From Armatimonadota bacterium (GTDB taxonomy: Bacteria; Armatimonadota; Zipacnadia; Zipacnadales; UBA5352): a stretch of DNA of 18,898 bases. The notes under the pieces were generated by a model, which saw only the letters and a program-made list of their open reading frames with translations, made no database searches and was not told the DNA's origin. Positions 7,053 through 16,400 of the stretch are shown here, piece by piece. Position 1 is the first letter of the stretch. Each line of letters starts with the position of its first letter. The stretch covers positions 1 to 18,898 of the forward strand of contig JAYENL010000303.1 in assembly GCA_034722055.1 (NCBI GenBank). The letters run 5' to 3'. The position numbers and the translations under genes are program-made.

Positions 7053-8441
7053 CTACGTTCCCGGCCGGTCGTTGTCGTGCGCAGGGCTGATGATCAGCAG
7101 CTCGCGGGTGTTGTGCGTGATGACCACGACGTCGCGCGGATGCGCCGAGGTGACCCGGGCGGCCCGCGCGCACATGGCTCCCACGAAGCCGGGATAGAAT
7201 GTGTCCCGGTACGGGATCTTGGCGACCTCGCGGCCGGCGTGATCCAGGACCGTCAGGTAGAGCGTGAAGGCCGTGTCCTCGTCGGCCAGATCGTCCTGTC
7301 CGAAGCCGCGCAGCAGCTCCGCCTGCACCATCTCGCGCGATCCCGGCGCCGACCAATCGACCCAGTCGCCGGCGCTGGTGAGCAGGATGCCGTTGGGCCC
7401 GCGCGAGAAGTTGCTGTACTGCCACTCCATCTCGCCCTCGGGGCTGATGCCCCAGGCCATGCCGCCGGTCTTGGAGTTGAGGTAGATCAGCGGCTCCTCC
7501 CGCCCCGGCGGCGTGGCGCAGTCAATCTTCTGACCATGCTCGATGCGCTCGCGGAGCGTCCAGAGCAGGTCGCCCTCGGCGTCGAAGAGGCAGCCGCCCG
7601 TCGAGGTGGCGACCTGCCTGCTCTCGCCCAGGAGCGGAGCGATGACCAGGTCGTCCACGTGCGTGTCCTCGCCCACCTCCGTGGGGACGTGCTTGGACCA
7701 CAGCGGCTCGCCGGCGCGGTCCCGGACCTCGAAGCGCTCGGCGTCGGCCATGCTGAAGGCGATCTCATCGATGCCGTCGCCGCTCAGGTCTCCGGCGAAC
7801 ATAAAGTCCTCGAAGGACAGGCCCACCGTATCGTGCTCCCAGAGGACGCTCCCCTGACCGTCCACGGCGACGAGCGAGCCGTGCTCGCCGTGATGGTTGA
7901 CGCCCGCCACGATGGCGGGAGGTCCCCCCTGACTGAGGCGCGCCAGCGTCCAGATCTGCGCCAGGCCATCGAGGTCGATGCTGCGCTTGAGCTCCCCGGT
8001 GGTGGCGTCGAGGACGTGGATGGGTCCAAGGCCGACGACGACCTCCGGGGCGCCGTCGCCGTCGATGTCCACGATCTCAGTGAGCAGGTGGCGATGCGGT
8101 GTCCGGTAGTGCCAGTGGCTGCGGGCGTAGCGCTCGTGGTCATCGTAGACCGAGTGGTAGAAGGGCGCCTGCGTGGTCTCCCACAGCACCGTTCCGTCGC
8201 CGCGGAAGAGCGCGACGACGTCCTCCTCGCCGCGGTTGAAGGGAACCGCGATCTCATCGCGGCCGTCGCCATCCGCGTCGCCGGTCCCCGGGTTGCAGCT
8301 CGCGACGGTGGCCGCCTCCAATGGCACGCGCGTCACACGCGCCGCGCTGCGCTCCGCCAGCTCAGCGCCGATCCGCGGCGGCATCACCGCTCCGCCGAGC
8401 TGGGGCTGGGGCGACGGACAGGCCCGCACGGTCTCCAGCAT
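7053..8441 (-). CDS. FG-GAP / calcium-blade beta-propeller repeat protein
   Basis: AGGAGG SD 7 nt before ATG 8441. Repeated DxDGDG motifs (GDADGDGRDEI, DIDGDGAPEV, GDLSGDGIDEI) alternate with GxxLW blade motifs. No evident signal peptide. Confidence 0.8.
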   Translation of the reverse strand: MLETVRACPSPQPQLGGAVMPPRIGAELAERSAARVTRVPLEAATVASCNPGTGDADGDGRDEIAVPFNRGEEDVVALFRGDGTVLWETTQAPFYHSVYDDHERYARSHWHYRTPHRHLLTEIVDIDGDGAPEVVVGLGPIHVLDATTGELKRSIDLDGLAQIWTLARLSQGGPPAIVAGVNHHGEHGSLVAVDGQGSVLWEHDTVGLSFEDFMFAGDLSGDGIDEIAFSMADAERFEVRDRAGEPLWSKHVPTEVGEDTHVDDLVIAPLLGESRQVATSTGGCLFDAEGDLLWTLRERIEHGQKIDCATPPGREEPLIYLNSKTGGMAWGISPEGEMEWQYSNFSRGPNGILLTSAGDWVDWSAPGSREMVQAELLRGFGQDDLADEDTAFTLYLTVLDHAGREVAKIPYRDTFYPGFVGAMCARAARVTSAHPRDVVVITHNTRELLIISPAHDNDRPGT

Positions 8442-8467
8442 CGAAGTGCCTCCTCTGTCTGCGCCTC

Positions 8468-9472
8468 CTACCAATCGATCTCGATCTCCTGCTCCTTCTC
8501 TGCGGATTCGCGGGCGGCCAGGCAGGCCTTCACGGCCGCCATGGACTCCTCGGGCGTGATGATCGACGGCTCCTCGCCAAGCTGGACGCAGTCGCCGAAG
8601 TAGCGCAGCTCATCCACCAGCGCGCCCTCTAGCCTTCCGTGCAGGGTCGCCCAGTAGGTGGTGTCGGGGTAGTGCCAGCCCTCCTCGTCGCACACCGCGA
8701 GGCTGGGCGCGACCTCCTGGACGTGGATGGAGCCGTCGGTGCCGCAGATCTCCATCCGCTCATCGATCTGCATGGCGGTGGTATCGGGCAGAAACCACAC
8801 GTTCTCGAGCACCGCGATCGCCCCGTTGTCCATGGTGAACATGCTCCAGCCCAAGTCCGCGTTGCCCAAGTCGCGGACAGTGACGGTCCGCGCGTAGACC
8901 TTCACCGGCTTCAGCCCTGAGCACCACAGCATGATGTCCATGTCGTGGACGCCGTCGCCGACGATGGGCCCGATCTTGGGCAGAACGCCCTCGGTCACCC
9001 ACTGGGGGATGTTCCGCCGGGCGTACATGGAGACGATGCGGCCCAGCTTTCCCTCCTCGGCCTGCCGCTTCGCCATGGCGTAGCGGGGGTTGAAGCGACA
9101 GATGTGTCCCACCATGAAGTAGCGGTCCGAGGCGTTGGCGGCATCCACCATGGCCTGGCAGTCCTCCACGGTGGAGGCCATGGGCTTCTCGCAGAAGACG
9201 TGCTTGCCGGCCTCCAGCGCCGCCAGCGAGGGGGGCGCGTGGAAGTCCCACATGGTCGTGATGCTCACCGACTCCAGCTCCGGATTCTGCAGCATCTCCT
9301 CGTAGTCGGTGTAGGCGTGGGGGACGTTGAAGCGCTCCGCGACCTCCTGCAGCCGTGACTCGGTGCGCGTGCAGATGGCGTAGAGCTCCATGTTGGGGAT
9401 GGCGTCGATTGCCTCGCAGTGCTTCTCGCCGAACCAGCCGATTCCGATGACTCCGTGTCTGACCCGCTCCAT
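8468..9472 (-). CDS. Gfo/Idh/MocA family NAD(P)-dependent oxidoreductase
   Basis: GVIGIGWFG Rossmann motif, GKHVFCEKPMA, VGHICRFNP and catalytic DGVHDMD; AGGGAGG SD before ATG 9472. Confidence 0.95.
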   Translation of the reverse strand: MERVRHGVIGIGWFGEKHCEAIDAIPNMELYAICTRTESRLQEVAERFNVPHAYTDYEEMLQNPELESVSITTMWDFHAPPSLAALEAGKHVFCEKPMASTVEDCQAMVDAANASDRYFMVGHICRFNPRYAMAKRQAEEGKLGRIVSMYARRNIPQWVTEGVLPKIGPIVGDGVHDMDIMLWCSGLKPVKVYARTVTVRDLGNADLGWSMFTMDNGAIAVLENVWFLPDTTAMQIDERMEICGTDGSIHVQEVAPSLAVCDEEGWHYPDTTYWATLHGRLEGALVDELRYFGDCVQLGEEPSIITPEESMAAVKACLAARESAEKEQEIEIDW

Positions 9473-9667
9473 GACAGGGCCCTCCCTGCGTTGCGGAAGT
9501 TGTGCGCAGCCGCCGGCGGATCGCGCCCGCCGCCGTGACTGCCGCTTCGCCGTCGCCCTCTTCGCGTCCTCCACGCGCCGGGCCCGTCACCTGATCCATG
9601 CGGAGGTGCGGACCGACTTGCGAGCTGAGTCTGCTCTGGCGTCATGCAGCAAGCATCCGTGCCTACC

Positions 9668-9696
9668 AACGACGGCAGGTTGGAGGCCTGTGCTAC
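9668..9696 (-). repeat. GTAG-type REP-like palindrome in the divergent intergenic region
   Basis: The minus strand reads GTAG-CACAGGCCTCCAACCTGCC-GTCGTT: a GTAG tetranucleotide, an imperfect palindrome, then the same GTCGTT tail as the other copies. Confidence 0.55.
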
Positions 9697-9808
9697 AGGA
9701 GCAGGCTCGCGGCTGATGAAGGCCATGCGACGCCTGGGGCGAAGGCATGCGGGGAAGGGGAAGACAGTACAGCCGCGCTGAGCCGTGCACGAAAGCAGGG
9801 AGGTCACC

Positions 9809-12721
9809 ATGAGCCCCCGGCAGATCGCGTTGATTGCGGCACTGAGTGCAGCCCTCTGCACCCCGGCGGCTGCTCAGCCGACCGTGACAGCCACGAGGAC
9901 CGATGCCGCGCCTACGCTGGACGGACGCCTGGACGAGGCGCTGTGGGAGCGTGCACGGTGGCACTCGGGCTTCACGCTGCTGGGCGAGACCGAGACGCCG
10001 GCTCAGGCGCAGACGCAGTTCGCGGTAGCCTTCGATGACATGAAGCTTTACTTCGCGGTGAAGTGCCTGGAGCCGAACATGGACCAGCTCGAGGCCACCG
10101 TCACCGAACGCGACGGGAAGGTCCACGGCGATGACTGCGTGGAGCTGATGGTGGACCCGACCGGAGACCGGGTGGAGTACTATCACTTCACGGTGAACCC
10201 GCTGGGCACGCTGTATGACGCGCAGCTTCGCCAGGGCGGCAACGTGCGTTTCCTGGAGTGGGACTGCGACTGGCAGGCGGCGGTGGCCCGGGGCGAGGAC
10301 TCCTGGACGGTGGAGGCGGCGATCCCATTCGTGCAACTTGCACTCGATGAGGGCTCCCGCGATTTTTGGGCGCTGAACGTCGCCCGCGAACGCCGGGCCG
10401 GCACGCAGGAGCTGTCGAGCTTCACGGAGGCCCCCGGGGGCTTCCACCAGCCCGGCTTCTACGCCGAGTTGCTGCTGCCCGACGCCGACCTGGGGCGCTA
10501 CATGTGGACGGTGCGCGACCCCTTCGACGTGCGGGTGGTGATGCGCGACGGTCAGGTGCTGTATGAGGCGAAAACGCATATCACCAACCAGACCGGGCGC
10601 TTCTGGTTCATCGAGCTGCGGCCGGAGCTGATGAGCGAGGAGGGGGCTTCCGCCGGGGAGCCGGTCTCGGCCGGGCTCGATGACGGTCAGGGCCGGGAGC
10701 TGGCCTTCAGCGTCCCCGTCGCCGAGCAGGGGCGGCAGGTGCTGCGCCTGCGGATCGTGGACAGGCGCGATCTCCAGCGGGTGCTGCACGTGCGCTCCAT
10801 GCCGGTTGATGTGCACTACACCCCGCTGGCCATCGACATCACGCGGCCCTGCTACCGTAACAGCATCTACGCCACGCAGGATATCGATACAGTGCAGTTC
10901 TCCGTGACCTCGGCGCTGAGCGAGGAGCAGCTTCGGGGCCATCGCCTGACGGCGGGCGTGTTCCAGCCGGGCGGGGAGGCGGGCGGCAGCTATGGGCGTC
11001 TGGTCGCGGGCCCCGAGTCCGTGCCGGCCGCGGCGGAGGTGCAGATGTCGATTCCTGTCAGCGACCTCCCGGTGGGTGACTACGTGCTGGGCGCGCAGAT
11101 CGTCGGAGAGGGCGGGCGCGTGGAGCACGGGGCGAGCGAGCCGCTGCGCAAGCTGCCGCCCTCGCCCAGCGGCCACGAGTGGCGGATCGACGAGAACCTG
11201 GTGCTCCGCCACAACGGCGAGCCCTTCCTGCCCTTCGGCTGGTTCAGCTACCGGTGGCGGGAGCATGACACTGACGACCCCTACACCGCCATGCAGGACT
11301 ACAACGCCAACTGGCGGTCGGTGGAGGAGAACCGCGAGCTGTTCGACGGCATCGCCGAGAGGGGCCTGTTCGTTACCGTCTACCCGTACTGCCGGGAGTT
11401 CATGAACCGGGGCGATGTCCTGAAGCGGCCGCTGAACGACGAGGAGGCCGAGGTGCTGCGCGAGCGCGTGACTGCGCTCATGGACCACGAGGCGCTGCTG
11501 GCCTGGTACATGGCCGACGAGCCGGAGCTGCGGCCGGTCCTGCCCCGGCGAGCGGAGCAGATCTACCAGGTGGTGCGCGACGCCGATCCCTACCACCCGT
11601 GCATCATGCTTAATGACACCATCGCCGGGATCCACACCTACGCCGGAGGCGGCGACATCCTCATGCCGGACCCCTACCCGCTCTTCCTGGAGGGAGGCCT
11701 GGCGGCACGCGGCATCGAGCGCACCAGCAACTTCGTCAGGGCCGTCCGCGAGGCCACCGACGGGCAGAAGCCGGCGTGGGTCACCCCCCAGGCCTTTAAC
11801 TACGGGGACTACGGCCGAGCCGGCAATCGGGCTCCGACCTTCACGGAGCTGCGCAACCAGCTCTACCAGGCGGTGGTCTACGGCGCCAAGGGCTTCCTGT
11901 GGTATACGCACAGCCAGGCCTTCAACTACCCGTCGCTGGGGATCGGGATGGACTTCCTGTGCCGGGAGGCGCTGGACCTGAAGGCCGCCATTCTCAGCCC
12001 GGACGCCCCGGATGAGGTGTCGGTGCAGGCGCCGCAACCCGAGCACATGCACGTTGCGGTCCGGCGCGCCGGCGGCGAGCTCTACGTCTTCGCGGTCAGC
12101 ACCGCGACCCAGCCGCAGGAGGCCACCGTTACGGTCGCCGGGGCGCCCGAGCGCCTCTACGTGGTCAGCGAGGGCCGGCGCGTGGAGCTGGCGGAGGGCG
12201 CCATCGCCGACCGCTTCGACGTCTACGCCACGCACATCTACACGACCGACGGGGCCCTGGCGGAGAGGGACCAGCTTGAGGACGTCCAGCGGCGGATCGC
12301 CGAGGCCGATGCCGCCCGCGAAAAGCCGGGCAACCTGGCCTTCGAGGACAGCGGCGTGGAGGTGGAGATCTCCAGCGGCTCGCGGTACGGCAACACGCCG
12401 GGGCGCGTCGTTGATGGCATCGAGGGACACATGGGGTGGCGGGCGGATCGCCAGGCAGAGGGCGATCACTGGCTGAAGCTCACCTGGCCGGATCCGGTGG
12501 CTATCGGCCGCGTGGTAATCTACAGCCCGAGCATCGCTGAGGCCGAGATCCAGGTGCCAGACGGCGAAGCATGGACGACGGTCGCCACGGCGTCGGGCAC
12601 CGACCGCCTGGAGGCGACCTTCGGTGCCGTCGAGACGACCAGCCTGCGCATCCTTGTGAACCGGCTGGCCGGTGAGGCGTCGGAGCCGACCATCCAGGAG
12701 GTGGAGGCCTATGCGCAGTAG
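9809..12721 (+). CDS. Secreted modular glycoside hydrolase-like protein: CBM9-like (DOMON-like) N-terminal domain, TIM-barrel domain, C-terminal F5/8 type C (discoidin/CBM32-like) domain
   Basis: GGGAGG SD before ATG 9809 and a signal peptide ending in PAAA. CBM9-like motifs PTLDGRLDE, DDCVEL and WTVEAAIPF; NGEPFLPFGWF; LLAWYMADEPE; C-terminal GNLA...VVDG...HWLKLTW. Confidence 0.8.
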   Translation: MSPRQIALIAALSAALCTPAAAQPTVTATRTDAAPTLDGRLDEALWERARWHSGFTLLGETETPAQAQTQFAVAFDDMKLYFAVKCLEPNMDQLEATVTERDGKVHGDDCVELMVDPTGDRVEYYHFTVNPLGTLYDAQLRQGGNVRFLEWDCDWQAAVARGEDSWTVEAAIPFVQLALDEGSRDFWALNVARERRAGTQELSSFTEAPGGFHQPGFYAELLLPDADLGRYMWTVRDPFDVRVVMRDGQVLYEAKTHITNQTGRFWFIELRPELMSEEGASAGEPVSAGLDDGQGRELAFSVPVAEQGRQVLRLRIVDRRDLQRVLHVRSMPVDVHYTPLAIDITRPCYRNSIYATQDIDTVQFSVTSALSEEQLRGHRLTAGVFQPGGEAGGSYGRLVAGPESVPAAAEVQMSIPVSDLPVGDYVLGAQIVGEGGRVEHGASEPLRKLPPSPSGHEWRIDENLVLRHNGEPFLPFGWFSYRWREHDTDDPYTAMQDYNANWRSVEENRELFDGIAERGLFVTVYPYCREFMNRGDVLKRPLNDEEAEVLRERVTALMDHEALLAWYMADEPELRPVLPRRAEQIYQVVRDADPYHPCIMLNDTIAGIHTYAGGGDILMPDPYPLFLEGGLAARGIERTSNFVRAVREATDGQKPAWVTPQAFNYGDYGRAGNRAPTFTELRNQLYQAVVYGAKGFLWYTHSQAFNYPSLGIGMDFLCREALDLKAAILSPDAPDEVSVQAPQPEHMHVAVRRAGGELYVFAVSTATQPQEATVTVAGAPERLYVVSEGRRVELAEGAIADRFDVYATHIYTTDGALAERDQLEDVQRRIAEADAAREKPGNLAFEDSGVEVEISSGSRYGNTPGRVVDGIEGHMGWRADRQAEGDHWLKLTWPDPVAIGRVVIYSPSIAEAEIQVPDGEAWTTVATASGTDRLEATFGAVETTSLRILVNRLAGEASEPTIQEVEAYAQ

Positions 12722-13442
12722 CGTTCGCACCGCGGTGCTGGCGCTGGCGATGCTGTGCAGCTTTTCTGCGCTGACGGCGGCGGAGGGCCTGGTGGCGCAC
12801 TGGCGCATGGAGGGCATCGAGGACGGCGCCGTGGCTGACGCGACTGGCAACGGCCATCACGCCACGGCGCACGGCCTGGACGGAGAGCTGCCGGAGGTGG
12901 TGGAGGGCATCGCTGGAAACGCGCTGCGCTTCCATCGCGACCTGGAGCAGTACCTTCTGGTAGAGAGCAGCGAGGACCTGGCCGCCCCCGAGAGCCTGAC
13001 GGTGATGGCCTGGATCCGGCCGGCGATGCGCAAGGGCGCTCACGGGATCATCGGCAACAAGAGCGATAAGAGCGGCGACCCGCCCTGGCCGGGCTGGCGC
13101 TTCCGGTACTTCTGGGCCCGGATCATCTTTCAGTACGGGACTGCGGATGGCCGGGAGCCGACGGTGAGCTCAGAGAACTGGTCGGTGATGCCCGGCTTCT
13201 GGCACCACGTCGCCGCGGTCTACGACGGACATCGCGTGCGCCTCTACGTGAACTGCGAGCCGGCGGCGGATGAGGAGGTCGAGGGGGCGATCATGCCGCG
13301 CGAGCGCAGGTTCGTCATCGGCAACTTCGTGGGCCGCAAGAACGCCTATGCCTTCGACGGCGAGATCGACGAGCTGCGCATCTATGACCGGGCTCTCAGC
13401 GCGGAGGAGATCTTTGAGGCGGCAGTCGAGGGTATGCCGTGA
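12711..13442 (+). CDS. Secreted LamG-like jellyroll (ConA-like lectin/glucanase superfamily) protein
   Basis: GGAGG SD and ATG 12711 overlapping the upstream gene end by 11 nt; signal peptide. Motifs GLVAHW, LTVMAWIRP, WHHVAAVYDG, LYVN and FDGEIDELRIYDRALSAEEI. Confidence 0.9.
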   Translation: MRSSVRTAVLALAMLCSFSALTAAEGLVAHWRMEGIEDGAVADATGNGHHATAHGLDGELPEVVEGIAGNALRFHRDLEQYLLVESSEDLAAPESLTVMAWIRPAMRKGAHGIIGNKSDKSGDPPWPGWRFRYFWARIIFQYGTADGREPTVSSENWSVMPGFWHHVAAVYDGHRVRLYVNCEPAADEEVEGAIMPRERRFVIGNFVGRKNAYAFDGEIDELRIYDRALSAEEIFEAAVEGMP

Positions 13443-13494
13443 GCACCGACGGCAGCCGTGCCGGCGCGGCCGCCTCCGGGATGGGTCTCGGGCG

Positions 13495-16400
13495 CTACCG
13501 GTCGATGGAGTGGGGCGGCTCGATGCTCCGTCTTCCCAGGCGCCGCAGGGCATCCTCCAGCGCCGCCGCCACTCCCTGCCGATGCGCCGCCACCACTGAC
13601 GGGTCCTGCGTGTACTCCGTCCAGTCGGTGGTAACTGCCGGGAAGCCCAGGGCGGCGCGAGCCCTCTCCGCCGCAGCCCGCTCGCCTCTGGCCTCAAGCT
13701 CGTCCGCGGCGGCCGAGAGCATCGCCAGCATGTCGTAGTCCTCCACGCCGTCGCGGTTGAGCTCCCAGCGGATGCTGCTGACCGGTCCGTCCTCCCCCGG
13801 GTAGATCAGCGACCCGTCGCCGTTGCCGCCGGGATAGGTCATGGGATTCTCCCACGGGTCCTCCTGCCAGTAGGTAATGCGCCAGTACAGGAAGCCCGTG
13901 ATCTCGTGCTGGAAGAGCTGCCAGAAGAGAATGCGGTGATCGGTGCCGGGATAGTCGATGGCCCAGTTGTTCAGCCACGGCCGCTGGGCCGAGATACACA
14001 CGTAGGCCCAGATCTCGTCGCCGGCCTGGCGGCGCTGCTCCAGGTAGATGGGCTCGAAGCAGTCGCTGTGCGGCACGTGGATGTCCACGAAGCCGGCCAG
14101 CTCGGCGTAGCGGGGGTTGCCCGGCTCGATAGGCCGGCTGGCGCCGTAGCCGTAGGTCAAGAGGGTCTTCAGCTTCGGCGCCACCTCATCCACCAGCCCG
14201 AAGGCCTGCTTGACGGCGTCGAAGGCCTTGGCCCCCGGCTCGTCGATGGTGTAGATGTAGCCCAACCGGTGCCAGTCGCGCTCGGCCAGGTGCGCTTCGG
14301 TGCGCTGCAGCAGCTCGGTGGCGCGCTGGATCTGCCGGCGCTGCTCCGGGGTGGGCTCCTCCTCCCAGCCCTCCACCGTCCCCCAGCCGGATGGCAGGCG
14401 GCACCACCGGATGTTGAAGGCCGTCAGGCCCAGGTCGATCGCACGCTCGATCCCGGCGTCGAACTCCGACCAGTCGATGCTGATGGTCCCGTCCTCAGCG
14501 GTAGAGATGCGCGGGGAGCCCATGCCCTCGGGGCTGCACCGGTGGAGCAGGCAGTTGTCGCGGTAGGCGCGCATGATTGAGTCCGGGGTGAACTGGCCCA
14601 TCTCGAAGCCGGGGTTGGGGAGCAGGTTCCGCTCGGGATCGTCGGCGGGGCTGAGGCGTGCGTCGTCGAACCAGACGCTGCCCACCTCGAAGGTGCGCAG
14701 ATACAGCCGCGTATTCTCCGCCTCGCCCATGGTGAAACGGGCGCTGGCCTGGCGCCACTCACCGTCGGTGGGCGGCAGGTCGCCGGCCCCGCCTTCGGGC
14801 ATCCACCACGCGGCGCGGGTGTCCTCTCCGGGCGCGGTCCGATACCACAGCTCGAAGATGTACTCGCCGCCCGGCTCCAGGGGCATGGGGTCGGTGTAGT
14901 AGCAGAAGCGCGGCGCCTCGTGAGTGCCCCTCTCGGCGTGGGTGATCGTGACGCGCACGGAGTTGCGGCCACCGTGCCTGTGCTCCTGATCGAAGGCCGC
15001 GGTGAACTCCATGTCGCCGAAGTAGTTCGGCCGGCCCTCGACGTCGGCGCCGGTCCAGGCCCCGGCGTTCCACTGCGGGGGCCTGCCGGGGCCGGGATTC
15101 ACGTTCGGGTAGAAGCTCGAGACGTTGAAGCCCAGCCCGTAGCAGGTGCGCAGCCACGGCGTGCGGGGCAGCGCGAAGTCCCAGACGCGCGCGGTCAGCG
15201 GCACCTGCAGCGGCTCGGCGTCCGAAGGGTCGATGGTGATGGTGCCGCGATACGTCCCCGCCGGCTGGTCCGCGGCGGTATGCACGGTCAGCCACACGGA
15301 GCGGACCTCGCCCTCCGGCACGTCGAAGGGCTCCGCAGCCACCAGCGGATCGGGCAGCCGCCCGGGGCCCAGCGGCGCCTTGGAGGTGGACTGCGTCACG
15401 GTCACATATGCTGCGCGCGTCACCTCGATCTCGCCCGCGGGGATGGTCGCGCCCGCCGGACCCGAGAGGTCGGAGACGCTGACCGCCACCTCCTGCAGAG
15501 CCCGGCCGGCGGGGACGATCACCACCTGCGCGGCCTCGCGCTCGTTGGCGGCGAGGGCGATCTCAACTGACTGGGCGGGCTGTCCGGCGAAGGCAGCGTC
15601 CGGCGGGATCTTCTGCATGGTGCTGGCCTGCGAGATGACGTAGCCGCGAGTGCCCGCTGCGGCGGCCAGCGGCAGCCGGGCCACCAGCCGCGCCAGGCGC
15701 TGGGCCTCCTCGCGAAGCTGGTCCACCTGCGTGACCAGCGTCGGGGTCTCCTCGGTCTCCGGCTCCGCCCGCAGCGTCGCGGCAAGCTCGCCGGCGTCGC
15801 CGCTCAGTCGCTGCGCCCGCCCCAGCGCCACCCGGCCCAGCGCGATCTCCTCGTGCGGCAGGGCCTCCCGGCGGAGGGCCGCCAGCTCGGCCTGCACGTG
15901 CGCGACGCGCTGGAGGGCCTGGGCGCGCAGCAGGGGCGCGAAGTCAGCGTCGAGACCCCGCAGATGGCCGAACTGCTCCGGCTGGTGGAAGTTCTCTCCG
16001 GGCAGCGGCGCCCAGGTGCTCAGCTCCTCGCGGGGCAGCCGATGGCGGGTGAAGTTCATCCGCCAGTGCTCATCGACGCCCGGTGGAAGCTGCATCGAGG
16101 CCAGAGGCAGGGCGAGCTCCACCAGCCAGCGGTCGTCCTCGCGGGTCGCGGCGGCTCGCGCGTTGGACTCCCACGTCTCCTCCTTCCCGCGCTCATCGCG
16201 CAGCGTGCCCAGCGGGTTGACCAGCAGGTGGTAGTATCCGCTGCCGTCATGCGCCGGGCTCACGAACAGCTCCACGCAGTCCTCAGACCAGACCGGCGCG
16301 TCATGCTCGGTCATGGTGCCCACGATCTCATCCATGGTGTCCTCGGCACACTCCCACGCGACGAAGAGCGTGGCGTCATCGTGCGTGATGCGCACGCGCG

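Noticed and set aside
9473..9808. Sigma70 promoters in the divergent intergenic region
   Set aside because: Only weak matches were found (for example TTCGTG-18 nt-TACTGT on the minus strand), not enough to call.
9587..12850. Long antisense ORFs (9587..12850-, 3237..5186-, 5268..6503-, 6849..8603+, 2314..3240-, 16313..17362+)
   Set aside because: These are shadow frames opposite well-supported genes, expected at high GC with strong codon bias, and carry no recognisable motifs.
13443..13494. Intrinsic terminator between the convergent LamG and GH123-like genes
   Set aside because: There is only imperfect GC-rich pairing and no U-tract on either strand.
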